A DNA stretch of 64,000 nucleotides from Lingula anatina (GCA_051362555.1 CM120647.1:4712001-4776000); one strand, 5' to 3'. Numbered from the stretch's first letter, positions 40,171 to 52,222 are shown. A program made the numbers and translations. Notes: generated by a model not told the origin, from the letters alone.

Positions 40171-41690
40171 TAAAAGACTCTACTTCTTTTCTTTCTTTGC
40201 CTAGAACTGTTATTGTCATTAGTTCTAAATATAACCCTCCCGCTTGGAAAAGAATGTACTTAATATATACAGAATTGTGACATTTAATTGTTACTGTGCT
40301 TTGTATCCCAGTGTTAATTTTAAAATAAAGATAATATCTGATTATGGATTATAATCTTGAAATTCTAATTTGGTCTGGGCCGATGTAAAATCTGACTGGA
40401 TTTCAATCTGGCCTGATACATTGTTTTAGTGACCCAGAAAAAACAAGACGGCTAGCGTGTGACCTTGCACGTGAAGTGATCTGATTAGAGTCAGCTGTTT
40501 CTTAAAGAAAACAAAAACACACAAGGAAAGATAAGCGCGCGCTCATTAAATATCAATATGGTAATGCGATCAGCGTCGTTGCATTTTTACCAGGCACGTT
40601 CACTGATACGTTGAAACAATGTTTTGACTCACTCCAAGCGCCCCAAGCCCCAGCAAATTGCACGTGACATTTCAATCTTATTTTAAAAACAGGCGGGAGT
40701 GGTCTCTTCATCATTGGCCCTTATCATGGCAGTAATTATTTCGCTACTGCCAGTTTGAAATATACATGTAGTCTTTTATTTAAAATGAAAATGCTAAGAT
40801 TCGAGGTATATTACCATAGTTTTGGAATACATCTTCATGATGAATAAGTTGTTCACGACATGAGGAATTTGTAAAATATTGTTTTAAATTATTATTTTAA
40901 AAACCTATGATATTTTAGTCTACTTTGAGTCAAGTAAAAGGGATTGGGTCTTATAGTAAATAGACACGATGAATATGCGGATGAAAAATAAGAAAATAAC
41001 CTTCAAGGTGAAGGTCTATCAGTCTATCCTTAAAATTCGTTTGTAAGGATTATTTTGATAAATAACCCCCCCTCGTAAAAAAATACCAACAACTCCTTTT
41101 GTTTGTAAGAGGTAACATATTTTTTATTTAGTGCAGTCGGTACATATAATAAATCATAATAATATTTCATTTTGAGCCACAGCATACTTTGAAGTTTAGT
41201 ACACTTTACAATGTTATATAATTAGCCCATAAAAATACACTTCACTGCAGTTGTTACATTCAATTGAAGGGTGCATTTTAAATTACATTGAAAAATGTTT
41301 ACATTAAAGAACTTCCACCAATATATTTTAGGGAAAGCAGTGTGTTCCAGTCCAACGTCTAGACACAGCTCGTATGTGATATTTTGTAAACAAATTCGCC
41401 TCCAAAGATTACATAAACATCCACACTCAATACTGTTTTCTTATCCAAATTTTTCCATACATAATGACATTACTGCATCCATGCAGCTATTTGCCATTGT
41501 GTATTGTACTTGCAAGATATGACGCACATCAGAAAGAATAAATGGCACACCTGGTAATATCTAACACAAACACGTTAGTGGAATTCACGAACACGTTTGA
41601 ACTTGGTAATTTAGCTGCATTAAGAGGTTGAAAGGATCCTTTAAAAGCATGGCTTTTACGTACATAGTAGGATTGTTTGGCAATTTATGT

Positions 41691-41742
<52 letters not shown>

Positions 41743-41788
41743 GTGGTCTTTGTTACAGTGTAAAAGCCTTTTTTCTTTTATGCATGCA

Positions 41789-41831
<43 letters not shown>

Positions 41832-42709
41832 ATTCAATCAAATGGAATATGGGAGGGGCTGCGTTGACATTACGCTCACCAAGCAGCGTTTCCATTCTTA
41901 TCTGTTGTGTGCCAGTGCCTGTGTCTGGGATAAGTTCATCTTTGTCCATTTTTTTTTTAATCTATATTTGCATGCCTTTTCAGACAGATTACATGCCAGT
42001 AAACGTACCACAAACAATATATAGAACTCGAGGTTAACCTCACTCTTTTATATTATACACAAATCACACCGTACTTCGCTTAGCCTACCATTATGTTATC
42101 AACAGCATTACCTCTGCTGTATGTAACCAGCTAGAACAGTGCGTGATGGGTTCAGGATTTGGCTGGGGGAGGGTTGAAGATGAAAAGAACGCCTTGTAAA
42201 GGGAAACAGTAAACCACACATTCACATGCATACTATACAAATAAATTCATGCATTAATGGTCTTAATGTTGCAGCAAAATGACAAAATGTACAAAATGTA
42301 CAAACTGTACAAAATGATGGTCATGATGACGATAGCAAAACTTGAAAAACGGAACTAATTATATACAAAGTGTAGGTTTTCCGAATGTTTAAAAGCCAAG
42401 CAAAACAGTCCCTTAAACTGTCTCCACTTCAACCCACAGCATCCAGGAAACGTTCAAAGTCGTTTAAAGGTGTCTATAAAAAAAAAAATAAATAAATAAT
42501 AATAATAATAATTCAAAGGAACGGCACATTAATCTATCACCTCGCGGTTCCATGCTGGGGGGGGGGGTGGGGTGGGGGGGGGGCATGTGGCTGTCATGTG
42601 ACTACCACTGATCCTCAGCAGTTTATTACATTGCGCTGTCTATGATGTCGTGAAAGTACTTGCTGCCATTCTGTAGGAATCAGTTCGGTTGCTTTGGACC
42701 AGTGCATGT

Positions 42710-43922
42710 TTAAGTATTGGCAACTGCAACGCCAACCACGACGGCAACAGCGATGACAACAACGCCAACGACAGCAACAGTGACAGCAATACACACAACA
42801 CTTTTTCCACAGCAAATGACCTGGAATGGAAATAATTAAAATTAGAAAAAAAAGAAACTTATGTGTAGAATGTAACGAAATCATGTCACTTAACAGGAAG
42901 CGTGGAAGGGAATCTTAGAGATGGATAAACAACTATTGAAAAGAAACATACTTTCCCTTGAATTCCGCCAATTTCTTCATTTATAACAAGACATACATGG
43001 TACGAGTTCGTTGAGAAAAATCAAGATGTTAAAAATGTTAATTAAGTCCTTTTATATTAACCCTTTTTAGGGAATTGTGGGATACGACAGTTCGCACATT
43101 ATCACCGCTTTATTCAAGGGTTAGTTTTGCTTAAAATCATAAACTAAATACATTTCAATACACATTCAATATGTTTTGCATTATATTCCGGCTCATATCA
43201 CCATAGCCACCATTAAAGTAATAACGTATGCACTTTCAAATGTTTCTACCGTCCTTTACCCCGGCTAAAACAGTTTGTCGAAGTTAATAAAGCAATTGTC
43301 AACATATATAGCAAATAAAATAGGCGAGCATTACCCTTCCAGCACCGGGAACTTTATACGGCACCGTTTCAACAGATTTTATCAACTCCATTAACTCGTC
43401 CTGTTTCTCTTCTCGGTCTTCCCAGTCACTGTTTTCTACACACCATATTCGTTCACCGCAATTTTTATAAAGACTCTGAAATGTCTCTGGCGAACTGGCT
43501 AAAAAATCTCCAATGGAAGCGTTGTGGTGTTTTGCGACATCGGCATACGTAAGTACAATGATGCTTTTCTGAAGAAAATTGTCTCCGAAAATTTTGCGAA
43601 ACTGCTCTACGGCTTTCATTTGTGTGTTTTTAATTCGGTCCATTTTAAACACAATTAATATTGCGTCCACGTGCTGCAGACACCTGGCTTCTTTGTATAT
43701 TTTATCCAATGTCTTATGGTCAGATGTAGTCAGGGATCCTAAGCCAGGTGTGTCCACAACGTGGACAGCGCACGAGCTCGGTTCCTTGAGCCCGAAAGTC
43801 TTACGTGCAATTTTGCCACTTTTTCCTTTATAATTAGGGTCCCCGGATAGTTTCATTACAGTTGCAGATTTCCCTTGCCCCTGATAGCCAACGACAATGA
43901 CGTTGTAGGTTTTGGTGGTCAT
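42710..43922 (-). CDS. GIMAP: GIMAP/AIG1-family GTPase; spliced isoform with C-terminal transmembrane tail anchor (unspliced form ends CYIC at 43299)
   Basis: ATG at 43922 just after acceptor TTTTCTCAG. G1 GYQGQGKS, G3 VVDTPG, AIG1 box DAILIVF...FGDNFLQKSIIVLT, G4 TYAD. Donor AGG|GTAATG at 43335 joins in phase 0 to acceptor TTCCATTCCAG at 42820, giving VICCGKSVVCIAVTVAVVGVVVIAVAVVVGVAVANT*. Confidence 0.88.
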
Positions 43923-44088
43923 CCTGAGAAAAAATGATTTCACCATAAATCATAAAAGTTGAATTAAAAAAAAACAACACCTTGTGGAGATAGTCAGAAC
44001 AATGAAAACAAAATCTCATTTGAAAGCAGTAACTGGTTTTATACTTATTGATGAAAAGTGTTTGTCCGTCTTGGAAAAAGGCATTTTC

Positions 44089-44122
<34 letters not shown>

Positions 44123-44198
44123 TTAATACTTGTTGTTATAATGTTGTCATAATAATAATAATAATAATAATAATTATTATTATTATGATTTTGATGTT

Positions 44199-44230
<32 letters not shown>

Positions 44231-44793
44231 CAATAGTGCACAATACAAGGTTTAATAGATGAAACGGATATAATACAATCTAAGATTTATTATACCACAA
44301 ACAAAGGTTCTAAAACACCAACTGAAATCACCAATAATTTTTTATGCGGTTGGGACAGTTACCAAGATATATTATAGACGCAATAAACCCTTAGCCTTTT
44401 CTTGATAATAACCATCTGTGTGAAATCGAGCACAGCTTCCATTAACCCTTTAACAACTTGAACAGCTGAACTGAAACTACCGATACGTTTCTTTGGCCTA
44501 AAGCTGACTCCATGAACAACTCGCTGTTTTCTACCTTCACTCCATAAGTGACTTATCATTTCGTGTGTATGTATACTTACTTTGCTGTTCCTATTCTGAG
44601 AGCACGGATGATCTAGCGAAGTATTACAGCTGGAATTTTCTGCTTTGAAAGGTAAGGGACGGCAAATGGCTTTGTAGACCAAACTGCGCATGCCCTGGTG
44701 ATTCGTGGGACCATCTCAAAGATCCAATGTATGACAAATGCAAGGAAAATCGTTATTATACATTATTTAATTAATTTTATTATTTTCTCGCAA

Positions 44794-45073
44794 CCAATGG
44801 AAGCGTTGTGGTGTTTTGCGACATCGGCATACGTAAGTACAATGATGCTTTTCTGAAGAAAATTGTCTCCGAAAAATTTGCGAAACTGCTCTACGGCTTT
44901 CATTTGTGTGTTTTTAATTCGGTCCATTTTAAACACAATTAATATTGCGTCCACGTGCTGCAGACACCTGGCTTCTTTGTATATTTTATCCAATGTCTTA
45001 TGGTCAGATGTAGTCAGGGATCCTAAGCCAGGTGTGTCCACAACGTGGACAGCGCACGAGCTCGGTTCCTTGA
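44794..45073 (-). pseudogene. 280-bp partial duplicate of the GIMAP G-domain exon
   Basis: Matches 43510-43789 at offset 1284 with one substitution seen (I to F); lacks the P-loop and the C-terminus. Confidence 0.9.
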
Positions 45074-45274
45074 ATAGCTCCAATGGACACCAAAAACAGC
45101 GTGTGACTGTTATGGTGCCCATTTCCTCGTTATAGAATATCTTGTGTCGTTATAGAATGCTTTGAGGTTTCATTAACCTTCAAGTGACCTTGTGGGGTCA
45201 TTTACGACCCCACCCATATGATTAACTGTGTCATCTCTTTATTTTTTATCCGAATTTTTCTTTCCTTGCATGAT

Positions 45275-45553
45275 CCCCGCACGAAAACGCAGTAGATGCT
45301 CCAGCGCAGTAGACTACTGCAATCATACTTCAAATATGCCTCAAATCTGCTTCGCATTGGGAGCTAATTAGCATATTTGAAACATGCTGCTATCATGCTG
45401 CTAATCTACTGCATTAATGCTCCTCCTCTGTACAACCCTATTTAATTTTTGAAGTAGAATTGCAGAAGGCTATACTGCATTTCTACTGCAAATATGCTCC
45501 AAACCACTACTGCGTTAATGCTTCTTTGCTACTTCGATACTACTGCATTTTCT
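45275..45553. mobile_element. MITE, second copy of the 9958-10221 family
   Basis: Shares CGCAGTAGACTACTGCAATCATACT...GCTACTTCGATACTACTGCATTTT. Confidence 0.7.
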
Positions 45554-46259
45554 CGCTATTAGCTCTTCCCTTCAATCTTTTTGTCATTATAGTATATAGT
45601 TGCCATGTTCTAACTGTAACTTGTATACGTATAAAACACGATGACATCATTCCATTTCAAACTCACCCAAAACAGTAACACACACATACACACATCTGAA
45701 AACCTGTTTACTTTATTGGTGGTATTCTACTAACGTTTGTACAGTCACTTCGCCACATTGCTCATATCAGTGGCAAAACAAGGTTTTTCTTTTCTCCTTT
45801 CGTTTTAATCAGCAAAAAATGTTATACATGTTATAAGACACTCCCTGAGCTATTGACCTCCTCGGCGTTATTGATTTGCATATCAGGGGCACGAGGCATC
45901 TTCCGCCCAGCCAGTCGCAACTTGCAGCTCTTTTATATATACTCCAGCAGTGTACGGCAACTGTTGTTAGAGAGGAAGTGTTCGTTACCAAACATATACT
46001 TTCCTCATGAAGTATAATCTAATAGTCGAAACAAGGTAAATGCTTGATATTACGCAGTGAAATATTTACTTTAAACTCAGCGGGGCTAGTGTGCTATTAA
46101 AACACTTTGGAAGAAAACACAGTAGCGTTTTAATCTGATTAACAGTAAATCTTCCAAAACTGTCGCAAGACTAGAAGAAAGGACTTCCCTCGCAACTGAA
46201 CATAATCCAAACAGATATTTAGTTGACTGTGGTGTGAACTGGCATAGGTAGACTGCACC

Positions 46260-48173
46260 ATGAATTCCAGCGACCCACACTGGATCAAATGCTACGCTGA
46301 CTTGCAAATCGGAGATGGATACAACGTTGATACCATGGAAAGAACACATGCCATAATTGAGGGCATTGAACAGGATAGCTTAGATTTTACAAGAGATCGG
46401 GATATTAAAATCCGCAAATTTGCCGGGCACTTTACCGAGCGCGATGCTAAGACTAACAGTAGCGAGTGTTTTGTGAGGCTTAAGGCAAAAGTTTTCCATT
46501 TTGTCGAGGCAGGAGCAAATGCTAGCTGGAAAGGCAGTGGGGAAAACACAACGGAGGGAGACGTCACCGCACTGCGCCTGTCTATTCGTATGCAAACTGT
46601 AAGTTTTTTTTTTTTTTTTTAATTATCCATTTTGTTGCTGTCGTTGTTGTTTACTTGTTCCTTTGTTTATTGACCTATGTATATACATTTGTTTGGTTAA
46701 TTGATATAATTTCTACGCCAGAAAAACACCAGCCCACTATATGATAAACGGCAGTGAATAATAATAAAAGAATAAAAATAAAAAAGTTGTCAGTTCTTTT
46801 ACAATAAATCAAAGGATTTCTAAACCATTCCGTATATTTTCGCCTTCTTTACTTCATGTTTTCCTCTAGGAGGAGGAGATGTGCAGAATCAATTAAATTG
46901 AAACTGATTTAATCAATTTGCAAAAGATAAGTGAGCACACAAATGAGTAAAGTAATGCATGAATTAATAAATAAGGAAATGCCTGATAGTATATGGATGA
47001 GAAAATAAAAGAATATGACTAAGACTATGATTATGAAAAAATAAATTTAATGTTTGTTTGAAAAAAAGAAAATAGTATTGTTCAATAGTACATTGCAGAA
47101 ATGTTCAACAAACATCAGCGTTCACAGTTGTGCATTATAGTCACCCTTTCAATCCATGTTTTAACGCTTATTCCGCGTATAATGAATGATTAAGGGGGGG
47201 ATGTAGGTTGGAGATTTTCTCTAAAAATAAAGGTCTTAGCTTTTTTGTTCCTGTCACATTCATTTAATGTGTCTTCAAATAACCTAATTATGCTTGAAAC
47301 ACAGTTCCAACTTCATCGTGTGAAGTAATATTGTGATTTTGGGGACAAAAACACCATTTTTTAAAACCTGATTTTCTCAGGCACCTGGACAGCTATAAAC
47401 ATGCTTTTAATGGTATTATGTCACTTAAACGAAGCACTACAAAACGGAGTCAGGGTTTTTTTTCTCTAGAGACTTATTGTTGATTTAATCTATAAAAACG
47501 TGAAATTACATCAAAATATTAAGGACATTTCACTTTCAAAGTCAAATAATGGAAAAAGAGAGGATCAATAAAAATATTTTAAAAAGTACTTGTAGTGCAT
47601 ACATTTCCTAATAAGCATGGTGAATTTGGTCTCCCTCAGGTGTACATGTAGACAGTTATAGCTCGCTCCGATAACGCTACCTCGTCAATCTTGAAAGCGA
47701 AGAAAACGAACAAAAACCCTTTCAGGGAAGTTAATTGTCCAAAATAGTAAATTAAATTGTTGACAGCTTTACCTGTTATCGTACTGACGATCGCAAAGAT
47801 GGGTACTCTATTGCCCGTTGAAAAGAGATTGTTTGCATGCATTTGGATGTCAGAAAATATTATTTTTGTATCAATCCCACCTCCTGTTAGTAACTTCAAC
47901 GGGTTACCGTTAGCACTGCCAGAATAATTTACAGGCAATCAAGTAAGCCCTAATAACTCAACCAATCAGTGGCCACGTCAATTGACGTCGGGACAAGTGT
48001 TATAGGGATGCGCTCTAGGATGTGAACACAATAGCATCATCGCAGGCGGTCTTGTCTACATTCGCCGAGCGAAAAATGGTTCGAAAACACGGTCGTGTTA
48101 CAGGACGCCGATCGGCAGGCAGGGCTTGTTAGAGGATATGTGTAAAGTTGTGTTTGTCAGAAATTGGGATAAT

Positions 48174-48210
<37 letters not shown>

Positions 48211-48443
48211 ACCATGTCGGCCTTAAAAGTGCATACTTGCATCCAGAACTGTACCTCGCGATATACCAGCATTTAGGTTGAAAATGCTAGGACTTATTCT
48301 CCATCTCATACCTAATAGCCGAAATGAATATTTCTAAAAAAATCAAAATGTTATAAATACCACAGCTCTTACGCGATCCCAGCTTACTACTGTTCGCGCG
48401 AATAACGGAGTCTAGCGATAACATTAGCTCTATTTGCTTAGAT

Positions 48444-48526
<83 letters not shown>

Positions 48527-51500
48527 TATTTTTGCACATGAACTGAAGTTTTACGCCACCCGATGAAAGGATATGCTAGGATATGGGTTCAAGCCTTTTA
48601 TTTACGCAAATCAATCTTGTCTACGATTTCAGTCAGTATTCGACCAAATAATTACATCGATGTCGCTCAGAAAAAGTCCAAAACACAGAAATTATCACCA
48701 TCGTCACATCATAATCATTAGCTGTCAAGTTAAAGATTTGATAAACATCCGCTTTGATGCTAGGCCAGATGGCCCAAGTTGCATAGATCTATAAAACCTG
48801 CCGACTGTATAGAACTGCTGTCGAAGATTGATCGATAGTTTGACGGTTGCTGTCACAGATAGCAAGCGGTGGAATGTTTCTCTTTTTTTCGTATCTCAAA
48901 ATGTTTAGAAGAAAATCGAAAGTGCGTGTATAGCAACAAGCAATTCAATGGAAAATGCGTATTTCGAGCATATCCCATGTGGCGGAAAAGATTCTCCTTA
49001 GCGCTAATCACAATCAAGAGAGACTATCAAAACAGCTTAAGCGGAACATTAAGCAGTGCTTTGCCGATCGCTGTTTATGACAAAGGAAGTGTGACACGCT
49101 CCTGTTTTATTGTGTGGCGAGTCGTGCTGATGCTGGCAAGGTCCTCCTTCCGAGGTTACCCATGCCAACGGCCCTTGGCAACAAAGGCGGGGCACAGACC
49201 AAGTCACCAGTGCCGATGGATGCAGCATCACAATCCTCAGAATAAAAACATATTTTTTGTTCAAAATGTAAAAATGTTATTCCGTTAAACGTTAGATACA
49301 CATTTAACCAATAATTTGACATAAAAAAAACCCAAAATGATGATTTTTAGCCGTAATTAGATACATCCACCCCTTAATGCTTAGAATTAATATTTTGTCT
49401 CTCAGGGAATTCAACGCCTGAACGACCGTAGACAGGGAAGTGTAAGACGAAAACCTGGGGTTCAACCAACGCATTATGTATCGTCTTTAGCCTACGGTGG
49501 CTATCTGACCATCGACATAACAGCATGTGGGAACAGCCGCAAGGCCAAGGAGAATTTCGAGAGGGACAAAGGAACAAATGCAGAGTTCAAATTTAAAGAG
49601 TACGGCGCCGACAGTAAACTGAAAAATCTTGAAGATTACTTGATAAATATCCAAGAATGCATAGTGAATGTTGACTCGAGTGTTTCAGAAATGCAGCACG
49701 ACGTTCTCGAAACCAATTTGCAGAAGCTGATAAACCGCTTCATAGAAAACGTTGAGGAACAAAATGGCGGCAAAGGCAAACCGATGCTGGCCAAAATATC
49801 TCCTTTGTCTGAAATTGACAAGTCTGCAGAGCCGTATGAATTCGAAAACAGACTGGGGAGCAATATTAAAGTACTTGAAGACATGTATGACGACATATGT
49901 TCAGCTTCCAGGTTCCTTCGCAGCTTCTTCGAAGATCACCAAACTCAGTCTCACGACCCTCCCTACGATAAAATTAAGCTTGAGAAAGATCTTGAAAGTT
50001 TGCAAGGCACATTCACAGAAAATTTAAAGGTACTCACTCACAGAAAGGCTGACTATGCCAAAAATAAAGAAATCGTTAGACATTTAGAGACAGCGTACAT
50101 GGAATTCAACCCTACTGCTGCTGGTCTGAGGAGATGCATTGGTAAAGTGAGGCAAATGACCCAGCGATATATCAAGGTGAGATGCTCTGCGGCACCTCTC
50201 TCTCTCTCTCTCTCTCTCTCAAACACGGTGATAGAGTGAGACAAACAACTTACCAATACAGCAAGTGAACACTCGTTTTTTTTCCTGATATTGTGTAAAG
50301 ACTTAGAATTATTGAGGACAACCCTCCATGACACTTTGTAACTGACCTGTAAATAAACGCATTGTCAATTTAAACAGAATAGTAATAGTTTGGGCATTTG
50401 TTATAGGACACTGATACTCATGAGACACCACCAGTAGCCCACACAGAGGGGCAGCATACCAACATAGTCGCCGTCGGGAAGATAGGTACCGGAAAGAGCT
50501 CTACCCTTAATATGATGGTCGAAAAAGAAAGGGTTTTCCCAGCAGGTTTCTCCGCGGGCGGCATAACGAAAGACCTGTCATCGCACTGTGTGAATGTGGT
50601 TGGCCGTAATTTTCGACTCCTTGATACTCCCGGCCTCTTAGAGGCTGTGTCGGCTAAGGAAAGGACAAATATTCAACAGATACTGGCGGAGTGCGTTACC
50701 AGGCTTAGGGGCGAGGAAGGAATCGACGCGTTCTTGTTTGTCATTCGCTGCGACGAAACGCCGTCTAAAGAGGAATTGGACGCCGTAATTGAGTTAAGAA
50801 CGATTTTTTTCAAAGTCATTTTTGAATACATGGTTGTTGTAGCTACTCACAAGGACAAGCTTGAGAACAATAAGGGAGAGTCAACAGAAAGTTTCAGAAG
50901 GAAGCTGCCCGCCCGAATGGAGAAGGTCCTTCAGAAGGCCGGTGACAGAATAGTGTTCATCAACAGCGTCACGCAAGACGAGGAAGAGCGTAGAGGCTAC
51001 GTAGAATCCATCATTCACCACGTCGACGCCATAGCAAAAGCTCATGATGGTAAGAAATTCTCCCATGAGGTAATCGAGCAAGCAAGTAAGAGAAGACAAG
51101 AACTGAAAAAGAAATACCCTAACCTGAGTGATGATAAAATACAGAAGAAATTAGAAAAGGAGGTCGAGGCAGATTTAAAATCGCAGTTCTGGTGTTTCGA
51201 GGGCTCTTCCACTGTGCGACTTAGCAATGGGTCAGTCACAGCAATGGCCAAACTATCTCCCGGTGACAAAGTGCTTTGTGTTAGGGACGATGGCTCCGTC
51301 GGCTTCGAGGAAATCTTCTGCTTTGGTCATGCGGATTCCCATTGTCAGACTATATATGTCCACTTAGAGACTTCAACGAGGCAACACCTTCTCGTCTCTG
51401 AAGGTCACTATATCCACGTTTTCTCCAGATTTTCAACGTTCCCATTCTCCCTGAAAGCCGCCCGTGATATCCGAGTTGGAGATATGGTGTTCGTTTATCA

Positions 51501-51822
51501 CCCTGCGATGAACGTCATGTCCATGGGTGAAATTGTGGCAACAGGCAGAAAGAAAGTCACTGGAGCCTTTTGTCCCCACACTACGAACGGGACCATCATC
51601 GTGAATGACATTTTGGCGTCGTGTTACACCGATGCCGTAGAGCCCCCGTTGGCGAGAAGATTGCTTATGCCAGCCTGGTTCCTGTACGAAATGCTTCCAC
51701 TGCGTGTGTCTGCGCCGATTCTAAAAGATGGCTTGTCAAACGCCTGTAAACTTCTAAGCGCCACGAGGCAATATTTTTCACGTGTTTTTTACGGCAGCGA
51801 ATATGCAAACCACAATAAGTGA
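46260..51822 (+). CDS. multidomain protein: MACPF/stonustoxin-like N-terminus + helical region + AIG1/GIMAP GTPase + hedgehog-type Hint/SRR (Hog) domain, ~841 aa
   Basis: Exons 46260-46598 (GTAAGT donor), 49406-50176 (GTGAGA donor) and 50407-51822 are all phase 0 and open. Motifs: LQIGDGYNVDT; THYVSSLAYGG; G1 GKIGTGKS, G3 LLDTPG, IDAFLFVIR, G4 THKD. Hint starts CFEGSSTVRL at 51193, then LSPGDKVL, VSEGH, AARDIRVGD, GAFCPHTTNGTIIVNDILASCY, followed by an amphipathic SRR-like tail. Confidence 0.85.
47194..49373. mobile_element. ~2.2-kb non-autonomous Kolobok-like DNA transposon in an intron
   Basis: TTAA-GGGGGGGATGTA ... TACATCCACCCC-TTAA: short TIR starting GG with TTAA on both sides; no intact transposase seen. 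Confidence 0.65.
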
Positions 51823-51891
51823 CTCAATTTGTATTGAAGGAAGGTAACCTCAACTGATAACTAAATGTGAGGAAATGTCATCTCTATCTAC

Positions 51892-52222
51892 ATGTAGATA
51901 ACCTCCAGCTAGGTACTTCACTTACTCTGCAGCTAAGACCATTTTAGCATAGTAGTATTTTATATTTGTTTATTGCGTTCATTTTGGACATTGCTATAGG
52001 CGACATTTTACTATTTGGCTATGTGTGGAGTTGTCATAACATAGTGAATATTTCATATATGTAGATAACCTCCAGCTAGGTACTTCACTTACTCTGCAGC
52101 TAAGACCATTTTAGCATAGTAGTATTTTATATTTGTTTATTGCGTTCATTTTGGACATTGCTATAGGCGACATTTTACTATTTGGCTATGTGTGGAGTTG
52201 TCATAACATAGTGAATATTTCA
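51892..52222 (+). repeat. near-perfect 167-bp tandem duplication in the putative 3'UTR
   Basis: 51892-52055 equals 52059-52222. Confidence 0.92.

Noticed and set aside
41628-42037. Poly-K/poly-F ORFs
   Set aside because: They arise from a poly-A run and a (CT)n microsatellite and show no coding signal.
42615-42884. Cys/Arg-rich ORF (CCRWRCCHRCCRR) suggestive of a metallothionein or antimicrobial peptide
   Set aside because: It is the alternate frame of the Val/Ala-rich transmembrane exon of the GIMAP gene.
43834-44262. Low-complexity ORFs with poly-N/I/H/Q
   Set aside because: These are translations of (AAT)n and (GAT)n microsatellites in an intron.
51193-51630. Intein or a true hedgehog gene
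   Set aside because: There is no C-terminal HN-C/S/T splice junction or endonuclease, and no Hedge signalling domain or signal peptide; it is a Hog-type Hint.
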